Of a stretch of 64,000 nt of DNA, positions 28,715-39,356 are shown in pieces. How positions within the stretch are numbered: the stretch's first letter is position 1; every line of letters starts with the position of its first letter. Source of the stretch: Spirochaetia bacterium. Its GTDB lineage: Bacteria; Spirochaetota; Spirochaetia; CADAEX01. The notes under the pieces are model-generated. The model worked only from the letters and a program-made list of their open reading frames with translations, did not search any database and was not told the origin of the DNA. The position numbers and the translations under genes are program-made. The stretch lies in assembly GCA_963662265.2 (NCBI GenBank), contig CAXXHA010000029.1:1-64000 (forward strand). The letters are read 5' to 3'.

Positions 28715-31273
28715 ATGTTTGAAAAGGTTATTAACAAAAAACAGTCTGTCGCAACACAGCTTACTGTATGGCTTTTTATTTCTATTTTAATTGCTTCCAC
28801 AATTTCTTCAATTCTCTTTTCATTTATAATGTACAATAACATAAACAGGGACCTTAATTCTGAAGGTAATGAACTTATTGAATATTTTTCAGGTGTAATT
28901 GAAATACCTCTCTGGAATTTTGAGGAAGATTCCATAAACCTGATTGTAAAGACTCTGTCCAAGGGTGAAGATGTCGAATCAGTTACTGTAAGAGATGAAA
29001 AAGGCAATGTACTCTACAATACAAATAAAAACAGGTATTCAGAACTGATAAACAAGACTAGAAGCATATATCATAACAAAGAACTGATTGGAAATATTGA
29101 TATATCTTTTTCTCAGCACCGATATCTTAAACAGTTACGGGAAGTTCTGCTTACTTCAGTATTTATACTGCTGACATCTCTTATCCCTGCAAGTATTCTG
29201 ATCAATTATCTTATAAAAATATTTCTCAGAAAACCTTTCAGGCAGCTTGAATCTCTGGCTTCTTCTTATTCTGAAGGTAATTTTGATATTGATATTGGAA
29301 ATGTTCAGATTACTGAATTTATCCCTTTTTTCCAGGTTATAGAAAAAATGGGACAAAGAATTACTCTTCAGCTTGATACTCTGAAAAAAACAACTCATTT
29401 CCTTGAAACATTGAAAAATACAGACCCTGACGCGCTGCTTATCCTGTCAAATACAGGTAAGATAACAGAAATTAATGAAACAATGGAAATTAATTACGGT
29501 TATAATTTTAAGGATCTTTACGGGAAATCTCTTGATTTCATAGCTAATGATCCTGTAAGCCGGGAAACTGTAGAGACAAATATAAAAGAAGCACTTGAAA
29601 AAAACGATAAATCATTCCAGTGGTCTGTAAAGAGCAAGGATGGGATAGTAATACCTGTTGTTGTCCGTTTGAAGAAGATGGTAATAATGGATGATGTATA
29701 TATTATTTCATTCCTGACTGATAAAAGGGAACTTATAAAAGCGGAATCAGAAAAGAAGAAAAGTGAAGAAAAATACAAGTGGCTTGTAGAAAATCTCAGC
29801 GATGAGTATTTCTTCTATACTATAAATAAGAACCTGGATCTGGCACATGTAAGTTCCTCTATCCAGAATATACTGGGTTATGATGTTGATGATTACCTGA
29901 AAAATTATAAACAGTATAAAACCTCGAATATTATAAACGAGAATGCTGAAAAGCACAGGGCGCTTCTGTTTTCCGGAGATGAATCAAAAGCTTCATATGA
30001 TCTTGAGATAGTTGATAATAAAAATAATATCCATGTTTTTGAAATAACAGACAGTGTTGTACGTGATTCCAAAGGCAATGTTACAGCTGTTGAAGGAATT
30101 GCACACGATGTTACTGACAGGAGAAATGTTCAGGAAAAAATCAGGGTTTCCCAGAAGATGGAGGCAATTGGTAATCTTGCAGGTGGAATTGCACATGATT
30201 TTAACAATATTCTGGGTGCAATGCTCGGGTATACAGAACTGGCAATAAGTGAAACAGATCAGGAATCACCTGAAGGTGTTTATCTTGCAGAAATACTGAA
30301 AGCTTCAAAAAGAGCTTCACAGCTTGTTAAGCAGATACTGACTTTCAGCAGGCAGAGTAAAAATGAAAGGGATTATATAGATCTGGATTCTCTGATAAAT
30401 GAAGTGATAAACCTGCTCAAGACATCAATTCCTGTTGATGTGGAGCTGAAGTATCAAACAATAAAACATCCTGGTTCAGTTCTTGCAGATTCAGTACAGA
30501 TACACCAGGTACTGATAAATCTGGTGACAAACGCTCACCAGGCAATGTCTGATAAAAAAGGTATAATTGAAATTACACTTGATTCTGTTTATATTTCAGA
30601 GGCCAGCAGTTCTCTGACAGGTCTTCAGATAAATCCCGGAAATTATGCACTGATAACAGTGCGGGATACAGGAAATGGAATAGAAAAAGATGTGATTGAA
30701 AGGATTTTTGAACCCTATTATACAACAAAAAAACATGGTCAGGGTACCGGTCTTGGATTATCTGTAGTTCATGGAATAATTAAGAGTCATCAGGGAAAAA
30801 TTGAAATAGAAAGTACAATAGGTGTGGGTACAGTATTTTATGTTTACCTGCCTGTATCAGATAAATACAGCATAAGCAGGGATGACTCAGGGGAAATACA
30901 GGTCCAGAAGGGCAATGCAAGAGTGCTTTTTGTTGACGATAACAAGGAATTTCTTGATGTTACAGAAAAGATGCTGATAAATCTTGGATGTGAAGTGACT
31001 AAAACTGAAAACCCTGTTGAAGCGGAAGAAATGATCAAGAAATCCGGGAATTATGATCTAATAATTTCTGATTACTCTATGCCGGAAATCAATGGAATAG
31101 AATTTTCCAAAAATATTTATAAAATCAACAAGAGCATTCCTGTGATAATATGTACCGGGACTGTAATTGATTTACAGAAAGAAAATATTGATGAAACCGG
31201 AATAAAGCTGTTTCTTGAAAAACCTGTAACACTGAATGAACTTTCTGAAGCTATTAAATATTGTACTCAATAG
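28715..31273 (+). CDS. Hybrid sensor histidine kinase (2 TM, HAMP, PAS domains, kinase core, receiver)
   Basis: LAGGIAHDFNNIL, QVLINLVTNA, GTGLGLS, LFVDDN and DYSMP. Confidence 0.92.
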   Translation: MFEKVINKKQSVATQLTVWLFISILIASTISSILFSFIMYNNINRDLNSEGNELIEYFSGVIEIPLWNFEEDSINLIVKTLSKGEDVESVTVRDEKGNVLYNTNKNRYSELINKTRSIYHNKELIGNIDISFSQHRYLKQLREVLLTSVFILLTSLIPASILINYLIKIFLRKPFRQLESLASSYSEGNFDIDIGNVQITEFIPFFQVIEKMGQRITLQLDTLKKTTHFLETLKNTDPDALLILSNTGKITEINETMEINYGYNFKDLYGKSLDFIANDPVSRETVETNIKEALEKNDKSFQWSVKSKDGIVIPVVVRLKKMVIMDDVYIISFLTDKRELIKAESEKKKSEEKYKWLVENLSDEYFFYTINKNLDLAHVSSSIQNILGYDVDDYLKNYKQYKTSNIINENAEKHRALLFSGDESKASYDLEIVDNKNNIHVFEITDSVVRDSKGNVTAVEGIAHDVTDRRNVQEKIRVSQKMEAIGNLAGGIAHDFNNILGAMLGYTELAISETDQESPEGVYLAEILKASKRASQLVKQILTFSRQSKNERDYIDLDSLINEVINLLKTSIPVDVELKYQTIKHPGSVLADSVQIHQVLINLVTNAHQAMSDKKGIIEITLDSVYISEASSSLTGLQINPGNYALITVRDTGNGIEKDVIERIFEPYYTTKKHGQGTGLGLSVVHGIIKSHQGKIEIESTIGVGTVFYVYLPVSDKYSISRDDSGEIQVQKGNARVLFVDDNKEFLDVTEKMLINLGCEVTKTENPVEAEEMIKKSGNYDLIISDYSMPEINGIEFSKNIYKINKSIPVIICTGTVIDLQKENIDETGIKLFLEKPVTLNELSEAIKYCTQ

Positions 31274-31434
31274 AAATTATTCTCTGAATACACATTAAAT
31301 ATAGTCTGAATAGTTCTGTTCGGTATATATAATGAACAATTAGAATCATGTAACAGAAAATTAATAAATAAATAACATGAATTAAACAAACAGCCATTAT
31401 TATTATCCTAAGAAATCTTAAATGGAGATGAAAT

Positions 31435-31593
31435 ATGAAAAAAGGTTTATGGCAATTTGGAGTTCTGTTTGTAATAACTCTCATATTTGTCCTTTTTGTT
31501 CCAAAATATCCTGATGTTAAAAACATTGATTTAAGATCAGGTGAAGTTGCAGAAGCTGAACTTAAAAAATTTAACGAAATAAACAATAATTAG
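31435..31593 (+). CDS. Small 52-aa single-TM protein, below the ORF-track cutoff
   Basis: GGAG SD; translation MKKGLWQFGVLFVITLIFVLFVPKYPDVKNIDLRSGEVAEAELKKFNEINNN; hairpin AGCTTTTAACG/CGTTAAAAGTT downstream. Confidence 0.55.
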   Translation: MKKGLWQFGVLFVITLIFVLFVPKYPDVKNIDLRSGEVAEAELKKFNEINNN

Positions 31594-31909
31594 AACCAAT
31601 TCATGATGCCTGGAGCTTTTAACGAGTTATACCGTTAAAAGTTTTGGGTATGGTAGATTCCCCTTCCTGATAAATCCTGTCTGTATAAATAAAGAATATT
31701 TTAAACTGTAATGCATATATTAAAACTGTTTTATTATAAAGAAAAAGCCTATTGTGAATTAATATTTCAAAGATTCTGTAAATAATAGTGTTATATAAAT
31801 CTTCAGCCGGCAGGTATTTTTTATATAAAATATGGATTTATACAGGCTTATAATAGTAATCTAATTGAAATAATATTTACCAAACAATAGCAGTTAAATA
31901 ACTATTAAA

Positions 31910-31969
31910 TTAATACAAAAATAACCTAAAACTCATTATTTTTAACAAATAAATCATTTTCTATTAAAA
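31910..31969 (+). promoter_or_regulatory. Putative Pho box (PhoB direct repeats)
   Basis: Hexamers TTAATA, ATAACC, CTCATT, TTAACA, ATCATT and TTAAAA at 10-11 bp spacing just upstream of pstS. Confidence 0.4.
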
Positions 31970-32014
31970 CTGCAGATTTAAAACTCTACTGTAAAAACTT
32001 TAAAGGAGAAAAAC

Positions 32015-32857
32015 ATGAAAAAAAACGTTTCTGTTTTTGTTTTAACAGTGCTGCTTGCATCTGCTTCATTTGCCGGCGGTAAAAAAGAGGGCCTTGCAGG
32101 CGAGTATAATCTGGGCGGTTCCACAACAGTTGCACCAATAATGACTTATGCAATTGAGGAATTCAGCGAGGTTGAACCTGATGTAAGAGTGAGCTATGAA
32201 TCGGTCGGATCGAGTACAGGTATAAAAGGTGTTATAAATGATATATACCTGATCGGTGGCGCTTCAAGAGAGGTAAAGCCTGCAGAACTTGAAAGCGGCA
32301 TCATGCCTGTACCAATTGCGCTTGACTGCCTTGTAATGATTGTAAACAGCGATGTATCAATTGAAAACATTACAAAAAACCAGCTTGCACAGATTTTTAC
32401 AGGAAGAATTACAAACTGGAAGGAGGTAGGCGGCGAAGACAGGGAAATCAATGTAGTAACAAGAGAAGAATCATCCGGAACATTCGGAACATTCAAAGAC
32501 ATGATTATTAAACCTGCATACGGCAAGAAGGAAAAAATTAAAACTGATTCGATAGTAGTATCCTCAAACGGTGATATGGTTACCAAGGTATCTACAACTC
32601 CTTCTGCTATCGGTTATACAGGTCTGGGTTATGTCAAACAGGTTGAAAATTCCGGCGGAAAAGTAATCATGCTTAACAGTGTTGTTCCATCTGAAAAGTC
32701 TGTAAAAGATACTTCATATGGACTTTCAAGAAAACTTTATGTTGTGCATAAGGGGGAAATTGAAGAGGGAAGTTTTAAAGAGGTTTTTATAGATTTTCTT
32801 CTGGGAGAGACAGGTCAGTCCCTTGTTGAGGAGGCCGGTTTTATTCCGCTGAACTGA
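32015..32857 (+). CDS. pstS: Phosphate ABC transporter binding protein
   Basis: GGSTTV, GSSTGI, ASR and REESSGT. Confidence 0.95.
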   Translation: MKKNVSVFVLTVLLASASFAGGKKEGLAGEYNLGGSTTVAPIMTYAIEEFSEVEPDVRVSYESVGSSTGIKGVINDIYLIGGASREVKPAELESGIMPVPIALDCLVMIVNSDVSIENITKNQLAQIFTGRITNWKEVGGEDREINVVTREESSGTFGTFKDMIIKPAYGKKEKIKTDSIVVSSNGDMVTKVSTTPSAIGYTGLGYVKQVENSGGKVIMLNSVVPSEKSVKDTSYGLSRKLYVVHKGEIEEGSFKEVFIDFLLGETGQSLVEEAGFIPLN

Positions 32858-32858
32858 T

Positions 32859-33740
32859 ATGAAAGAGATTTTTGTTAATGACAGACATGGAAAAGGGGTC
32901 CAGGCTTTCCTTTTCCTGTTTGCAATAACTTCGGTTATTATTGTTTTATTTATTTCATTTTTTATTTTCTACAGAGGTCTTCCTCTATTCAGGAACTACA
33001 GCATAATAAAATTCATTACATCTTCCAAATGGGATCCGATGAGTGAGAAGCCTGAGTTCGGAATCCTGTCTTTTATTGTCGGTTCATTTTATGTAACCGG
33101 TGTATCCCTTGCAATTGCTATTCCTATGGGGATAGGTACAGCGATATATCTTGCCGAGTTATCGGTGAAAAATACTGCAGTGATCTTAAGAAGAATTGTT
33201 GAACTTCTTGCAGGTATTCCTTCTGTTATATTCGGATTTATCGGTGTAACTGTAATAAGCGCTTTTGTAAGATATCTGTTCGGGGGGACAGGTTTTACTG
33301 TCCTGACAGGAGGAATAGTCCTGTCACTGATGATACTTCCAACCATAATATCTGTTTCTGAAGTTTCCATCAGATCAGTTCCGGGAGAACTTAAAGAAGG
33401 ATCACTGGCACTGGGTGCCAGCAATTTGCAGACAATATTCAGGGTAATAATTCCGGCTGCGAGAAAAGGAATAACAGCAGGAGTTATTCTTTCAATCGGG
33501 AGAGCAGTAGGTGAAACTATGGCAATTCTGATGGTAGCGGGTAATGCTGCAATAATGCCTGAAAGTATTCTCAGCATGACACGTACAATGACAATGAATA
33601 TTGTAACAGATATGGGATATGCGGACGGTGATCATATGACCTCACTTTTCACCACTGCAATTGTCCTGTTTGTTTTTATCCTGTGTATAAACTTATCTGT
33701 TAATTTTTTTACTGACAGGATTGATAATGAAAAAAAATAA
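32859..33740 (+). CDS. pstC: Phosphate ABC permease PstC
   Basis: ELLAGIPSVIFG and GRAVGETMA. Confidence 0.95.
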   Translation: MKEIFVNDRHGKGVQAFLFLFAITSVIIVLFISFFIFYRGLPLFRNYSIIKFITSSKWDPMSEKPEFGILSFIVGSFYVTGVSLAIAIPMGIGTAIYLAELSVKNTAVILRRIVELLAGIPSVIFGFIGVTVISAFVRYLFGGTGFTVLTGGIVLSLMILPTIISVSEVSIRSVPGELKEGSLALGASNLQTIFRVIIPAARKGITAGVILSIGRAVGETMAILMVAGNAAIMPESILSMTRTMTMNIVTDMGYADGDHMTSLFTTAIVLFVFILCINLSVNFFTDRIDNEKK

Positions 33741-35211
33741 TAAAATAAGGCAGATTACTGACAGGGCAGTTTTAATATTTATTTATCTGAGCGCTGCATC
33801 AACAGCTTTAATTCTTATCAGTATGATCGGGTATATAGCATTCCGGGGATTATACAGGGAAAGCAGAATAAATAAGCAGATTCTTGAATCAGATAATATT
33901 GTTTATGAATTTAATAATGAAAAATATATTTTTATAGTCAATAAAAAAATACAGAGGAATTTCATCGGTATTGATGAAGCTGAAAAGATTCTTGCAAAAG
34001 ATATAAAAAACTGGAGTTCAATTTCAGAGACCAGGGCAAGAATTAAATTATTATCCTTATTCAGGGAAAATAAGGAAATCAACAGTATATATAACATAAA
34101 AAACATGAACACTGCAGAAGAATTATTAAAAACCCTGCAGGAAAATAATGGATCAATCGGAATTGTTCCTCTTGATGCCAGAGAAAAATTAATTTTGAAA
34201 AACCTGAAGATACTTAATATCAATAATGAATGTGTTGCCGCAGGATATAAAGTGTCTGAAATAATAAACAACAGAAAACTCGCAGTTCTTTCTGAAGAAG
34301 ATTTTAAAAAAATAAAAGACGGAAAAGTTGAAAACTGGAAAGAGGTCGGCGGTCATGATATACCACTTGAAATAATGAAAAAAGCTGAGCAGGTAAAGAA
34401 GTCAGAAGGCGGATTTGCAGTTGTTGAATACAAAAAGGCAGTCAACGCAGGAGTATCAATAATTCCTGTGAGTTATGTGAAAAAAGGTGCAAATTTTACA
34501 CCCGGTTTTATTTTTGATAAACCTGTAAAGGCAGGTAAGGCCGGAGGTATTTCAACAATAATACTGAACACATTATTCATGATTATTCTCACTCTTATAT
34601 TTTCTGTGCCTGTTGGTGTAGGTGCTGCTTTATATCTGACAGAATATGCCAGTCCGGGCAGGACTATGAGAATAATCAGGCTGGGAGTTGAAACACTAGC
34701 CGGAATACCTTCCATTATTTTCGGTCTTTTCGGATTTATTTTCTTTGTAGATATTATGAATATGGGGATAGGTCTTTTATCCGGTTCCCTTACAGTTGCC
34801 ATGATGATTATACCTGTAATTATAAGGACTTCCGAAGAGGCTCTGAGGTCTGTTCCTATGTCATACAGGGAGGGGAGCCTGGCACTTGGCGCGGGGTTAT
34901 GGTACACGATTAAAAAAGTAATACTTCCGGCTGCAAAACCCGGAATTCTTTCAGGTGTTATTCTTTCTATCGGTCGTGCTCTCGGTGAAACTGCTGCGCT
35001 TGTATTTACAATGGGATTTGATTACAGGCTTGCGAATGGAATTAAAAGCTCTGCAAGAGTATTGTCAGTACACCTTTATCAGCTTGTACGGGAAGGTATT
35101 TCCTTCGAAAGAGCATTTGCAACAGCATTTGTTCTAATGTGTTTTATTTTTGTTATAAATACAACAACAATCGCTCTTGTATCTGGAAAAAATAATAATG
35201 GAGAAAAATAG
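33727..35211 (+). CDS. pstA: Phosphate ABC permease PstA with a large periplasmic insertion
   Basis: LAGIPSIIFGLFG and GRALGETAA; a soluble insert of ~230 aa follows TM1. Confidence 0.92.
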   Translation: MKKNNKIRQITDRAVLIFIYLSAASTALILISMIGYIAFRGLYRESRINKQILESDNIVYEFNNEKYIFIVNKKIQRNFIGIDEAEKILAKDIKNWSSISETRARIKLLSLFRENKEINSIYNIKNMNTAEELLKTLQENNGSIGIVPLDAREKLILKNLKILNINNECVAAGYKVSEIINNRKLAVLSEEDFKKIKDGKVENWKEVGGHDIPLEIMKKAEQVKKSEGGFAVVEYKKAVNAGVSIIPVSYVKKGANFTPGFIFDKPVKAGKAGGISTIILNTLFMIILTLIFSVPVGVGAALYLTEYASPGRTMRIIRLGVETLAGIPSIIFGLFGFIFFVDIMNMGIGLLSGSLTVAMMIIPVIIRTSEEALRSVPMSYREGSLALGAGLWYTIKKVILPAAKPGILSGVILSIGRALGETAALVFTMGFDYRLANGIKSSARVLSVHLYQLVREGISFERAFATAFVLMCFIFVINTTTIALVSGKNNNGEK

Positions 35212-35214
35212 CAG

Positions 35215-35970
35215 ATGATTGATGATATCATTACAGTTGAAAACCTGGACCTTTTTTACAGCGATTTTCAGGCGCTGCATAACGTTAATATGAAAATACC
35301 GGAAAATAGAATTACTGCTTTTATCGGTCCTTCAGGATGCGGGAAAAGTACATTTCTGAAAACAATAAACAGAATGAATGATCTTGTAGAAGGATGCCGC
35401 ATAACCGGCGAAGTGTTTTACAAGGGAAACAATATTTATAAGCAGGATGATATTTTTAAATTGAGAAAAAACATCGGGATGGTCTTTCAGAAGCCAAATC
35501 CATTTCCAATGAGTGTTTTTGACAATATTGCATACGGGCCAAGAATACACGGCATTAATTCAAAACATGTTCTTAAGGAAATTGTTGAAAAATGCCTGAG
35601 AGATGTTGCGTTGTGGGATGAGGTTAAAGACCGTCTTCATAAATCTGCTTTGTCGCTTTCCGGAGGACAGCAGCAGAGACTCTGTATTGGAAGGGTTCTT
35701 GCTGTGGAATCAGATGTTATTCTTTTTGATGAACCGACAAGTGCTCTTGATCCGGTTTCGACATCAAAGATTGAAGATCTTCTTGATAACCTTAAAAATA
35801 AGTATACGATAATTATTGTGACACACAATATGCAGCAGGCTGCCCGTATTTCCGATAAAACAGCATTTTTTCTTCATGGAAAGATTGAAGAGTTTGATGA
35901 TACTGAAAAAATATTTTTGAATCCCGGGAAAAAAACAACAGAAGAATATATTTCCGGAAGATTCGGCTAG
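35215..35970 (+). CDS. pstB: Phosphate ABC ATPase
   Basis: [25 protein letters not shown] and YISGRFG. Confidence 0.97.
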   Translation: MIDDIITVENLDLFYSDFQALHNVNMKIPENRITAFIGPSGCGKSTFLKTINRMNDLVEGCRITGEVFYKGNNIYKQDDIFKLRKNIGMVFQKPNPFPMSVFDNIAYGPRIHGINSKHVLKEIVEKCLRDVALWDEVKDRLHKSALSLSGGQQQRLCIGRVLAVESDVILFDEPTSALDPVSTSKIEDLLDNLKNKYTIIIVTHNMQQAARISDKTAFFLHGKIEEFDDTEKIFLNPGKKTTEEYISGRFG

Positions 35971-35979
35971 GAGGTGAAT

Positions 35980-36630
35980 ATGACTCGGGAAAAATTTGAA
36001 AATCAGCTGAAAAGGCTGGATAATAATCTTCTTAAAATGGCAATACTTGTAGAGGAATCTGTAAATAAAGCTGTATATGCTCTTAAAAATCAGGATACCG
36101 AAGCTGCTGCAGAAGTAATAAGTGATGATGAAAAAATAAATACAATGGAAATTGATATTACTGAGGAATGTTCAATTATTCTTGCAACTGAAAATCCTGT
36201 TGCAGGAGATTTGAAGCATATAATCAGTATTATGAAAATAATTACCGACCTAGAAAGGGCGGGGGACCACAGTGTTCATATTGCAAAAAATGTAATAAAA
36301 CTTGCTGATGAGACATATATCAAACCGCTTATAGATCTGCCGAAAATGGCGGAAATAGCAGTTGAAATAATCCATAAAGGGATAGAATCATTCCTGGAGA
36401 GAGATCCTGATTCTGCTTATAAGATTGCAATGAGGGACAGTGAAATTGATGATATTCATATGCAGGTTGTACGGGAGCTTATTTTTATAATGTTGACTGA
36501 CAATAAAAAAATTGACCAGGCGCTTTCTCTGATGTTTACAAGCAGGTTTATTGAAAGATTGGGTGATCATGCAAAAAATATCTGCGAATGGAGTATTTAT
36601 TCTGTAAAAGGTGAGAAAATTGATTTATAA
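35980..36630 (+). CDS. phoU: Phosphate signalling protein PhoU
   Basis: DLERAGDH and IERLGDHAKNI; AGGAGG SD. Confidence 0.95.
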   Translation: MTREKFENQLKRLDNNLLKMAILVEESVNKAVYALKNQDTEAAAEVISDDEKINTMEIDITEECSIILATENPVAGDLKHIISIMKIITDLERAGDHSVHIAKNVIKLADETYIKPLIDLPKMAEIAVEIIHKGIESFLERDPDSAYKIAMRDSEIDDIHMQVVRELIFIMLTDNKKIDQALSLMFTSRFIERLGDHAKNICEWSIYSVKGEKIDL

Positions 36631-36663
36631 TATTTATAATATTATAAATAAAGGTCAGGTTTT

Positions 36664-37359
36664 ATGGGGACTTTGAATAAACTTCTTGTTGTTGAAGATG
36701 AAGACGATATCAGGGAATTGATTGCATTTAATCTTGAAATGAGTAATTTCGAGGTGCTTAAAGCAAAAGACGGAGAAGAAGCTATTCAGATTGCGGAAAA
36801 GGAACTTCCTGATACAATCATACTGGACGTTATGCTGCCGGGAATGGATGGCTTTGAAGTCTGCAGATATCTTAAAAAAAATGTTTCAACAAAAGAAATA
36901 CCTATTATCATGCTTACAGCAAGATCTGAAGACAGCGATGTGGTAACAGGACTTGAACTTGGTGCTGATGATTATATTACTAAACCGTTCAGCCCGAGAA
37001 TACTTATTGCCAGAGTTCATGCAGCAGTAAGAAGACGATCTGAAACAGGGGAAACAGCTACACCCAGACAAATCAAAATACATGATATTCTCATAGATTT
37101 TCCAAGACATGAAGTATATGTGAAGGGAGAAAATGTAAATCTTTCTGCCACTGAATTTGCAATACTCAAGTTTCTGGTAACTAATCCGGGCTGGGTGTTT
37201 TCAAGAAGCCAGATAATTGATGCTGTCAAGGGGGGCAATTATCCTGTAACGCCCCGGTCTGTTGATGTCCAGATTTTGGGACTTAGAAAAAAACTGGGAA
37301 ATGAAGGACGTTTTATTGAAACTGTAAGAGGGGTAGGTTACAGGCTTCAGGCTGAATAG
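36664..37359 (+). CDS. phoB: OmpR-family response regulator PhoB/PhoP
   Basis: LDVMLPG, GADDYITKPFS and ETVRGVGY; lies in the pst operon. Confidence 0.9.
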   Translation: MGTLNKLLVVEDEDDIRELIAFNLEMSNFEVLKAKDGEEAIQIAEKELPDTIILDVMLPGMDGFEVCRYLKKNVSTKEIPIIMLTARSEDSDVVTGLELGADDYITKPFSPRILIARVHAAVRRRSETGETATPRQIKIHDILIDFPRHEVYVKGENVNLSATEFAILKFLVTNPGWVFSRSQIIDAVKGGNYPVTPRSVDVQILGLRKKLGNEGRFIETVRGVGYRLQAE

Positions 37360-39147
37360 TTGATGAAAAGTAAATCCCTTTTTTTTCAGTTTTTTACTGT
37401 ACAGATTCTGCTCATATTTATGGCAATTTTTGTATCCTCATTTTTTACTATCAGGACACTTGTTGATCTGATATACAGCAGAACTGCACAGGAACAGGAG
37501 GCAATCTGCCGTCTCATCGTAAATATGCTTCCGGAAAAGGGTTTTATCTCTCTTCATAATGCACAGGATTTCTCATATCAGGCTTCATCCGGAACAAGGG
37601 TGCGGCTGACTCTTATACAGTATTCAGGCAGCGTTCTTGCCGACTCTCACAGCGATCCTTTCTATATGGAAAACCATTTTGACAGGCCGGAAATCCAGGA
37701 AGCACTTAGAAGTGCGATAGGCCGGTCAAAGAGATACAGTTTTACAATGAGGGAGGAAATGTTTTATACAGCAATTCCTGTCCCCACCAGGAGCCTTATT
37801 GTCAGGACATCAATATCAGTCGAGGAGATAAACAGGGAAATAAGCCAGATGTACCTGCGGCTGACTCTTTCAAGCCTTATAATTCTCTTTTTTGCTGTTG
37901 TTTTTTCATATGTATTTGCAAAAACAATCAGCTCTGCAATGACATCGATTAAAAATGTTGCAAAGCATTATGCTGCAGGTGATTTTTCTGTAAAACTTGA
38001 ACAGGGGAATATCATTGAGCTTAATGAACTGAGTACTGCTATCAATTCAATGGGCAGACAGCTCAGGGAAAAAATCAGGACAATTACATCCCAGAAAGAT
38101 GAACTTCAGGCCATGCTGAACAGCATGATTGAGCCTGTAATTCTTGTGGACAGGAGCCTTGAAATCAGGGAATACAATCCTGCAGCGGAAAAAAATATAT
38201 TCGGGAAAAAGAAGCCGGAATCTCTGAATCTCCTGAGTGTTCTCAATAATGTTGAGATTACAGAGCTTGTTGAAGATTCGCTGAAAAACAGCGTCTACAA
38301 TGAAAAAGTCGTATGTTTCAATTTCGAGGAGGAAATATATTATCTTGTTCATGTTTCATTCATTGAAAATCTTGAGAATGAACAGTCAGGCGCTCTTATA
38401 GTTCTTAATAATATATCTGCAATCAAGCATCTTGAAAAAATCAGGAAAGATTTTGTCGCTAATGTATCACATGAACTGAAAACACCTGTCACATCTATTA
38501 TCGGTTATGTCGAGACAATCATGTCAGGCGGAAAGATAGCACAGAAAAATATTGACCGTTTCATGGATGTTATAAGCAGGCAGGCTAACAGGCTGGCAAA
38601 AATAATTGAAGACCTGCTTACCCTGTCACGTGTCGATTATGAACATGCTGAAATTAAAAAAGAAATAATTCCAATGTCTGACCTGATAGGAAGTGCAGTT
38701 GCAGCATGTTCATACAATGCTGAACTTAAAAACATGCAAATACATATAAGCTGTGATGATGAACTGGAATTTTATGCCAACACAATACTTGCGGAACAGG
38801 CTCTTACAAATCTCATTGATAATGCAGTGAAATACAGCAACAACGGTACAGATATTTTTGTAAGGGTACGGGATGATGAACAAGAGATCTATATAACTGT
38901 AGAGGATTCCGGTCCGGGAATAACAAAGAAGGATTTGAAAAGAATATTTGAAAGGTTTTACCGTGTAGACAAGGCAAGGAGCCGCGAACTCGGCGGTACA
39001 GGACTGGGGCTTGCAATTGTTAAACATGTTCTTAAAACACATTCAGGACGGATAGAGGTAGACAGTATTCCAGGAGAGGGCAGTAAATTCACCATAATCT
39101 TTCCGAAACATGAAAGAGGCGGTTCAAATACGGGGCGTATTTTTTAA
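37360..39147 (+). CDS. phoR: Sensor histidine kinase PhoR
   Basis: ENHFDRPE, DFVANVSHELKTP and FYRVDKARSRELGGTGLGL. Confidence 0.92.
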   Translation: MMKSKSLFFQFFTVQILLIFMAIFVSSFFTIRTLVDLIYSRTAQEQEAICRLIVNMLPEKGFISLHNAQDFSYQASSGTRVRLTLIQYSGSVLADSHSDPFYMENHFDRPEIQEALRSAIGRSKRYSFTMREEMFYTAIPVPTRSLIVRTSISVEEINREISQMYLRLTLSSLIILFFAVVFSYVFAKTISSAMTSIKNVAKHYAAGDFSVKLEQGNIIELNELSTAINSMGRQLREKIRTITSQKDELQAMLNSMIEPVILVDRSLEIREYNPAAEKNIFGKKKPESLNLLSVLNNVEITELVEDSLKNSVYNEKVVCFNFEEEIYYLVHVSFIENLENEQSGALIVLNNISAIKHLEKIRKDFVANVSHELKTPVTSIIGYVETIMSGGKIAQKNIDRFMDVISRQANRLAKIIEDLLTLSRVDYEHAEIKKEIIPMSDLIGSAVAACSYNAELKNMQIHISCDDELEFYANTILAEQALTNLIDNAVKYSNNGTDIFVRVRDDEQEIYITVEDSGPGITKKDLKRIFERFYRVDKARSRELGGTGLGLAIVKHVLKTHSGRIEVDSIPGEGSKFTIIFPKHERGGSNTGRIF

Positions 39148-39152
39148 TTTAT

Positions 39153-39180
39153 GGGCGCCTCTGAAAAATCGCAAAAACGA
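39153..39180 (+). mobile_element. Possible solo IS/MITE terminal repeat remnant
   Basis: GGGCGCCTCTGAAAAATC resembles IS ends of the GGGCACCTCTAAAAA type, recalled from memory. No partner repeat or transposase seen. Confidence 0.25.
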
Positions 39181-39280
39181 GTTATTCCCATAGATATTTG
39201 CCCAGAGAATCTATAAGAAAAACTTTGATAAATATTATAGTCCTATTCATGAAAATGGAAACTGCTGATACTTTAAAATG

Positions 39281-39323
39281 AAAAAAGCTGCATTGATGAA
39301 TAAAATCAATGCAGCCTTTTTTT
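39281..39323. terminator. Bidirectional terminator between phoR and the NhaC-family gene
   Basis: A6-GCTGCATTGAT-loop-ATCAATGCAGC-C-T7. Confidence 0.8.
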
Positions 39324-39356
39324 AATATTTATTAATATTATAAAGAATCAACAGTG

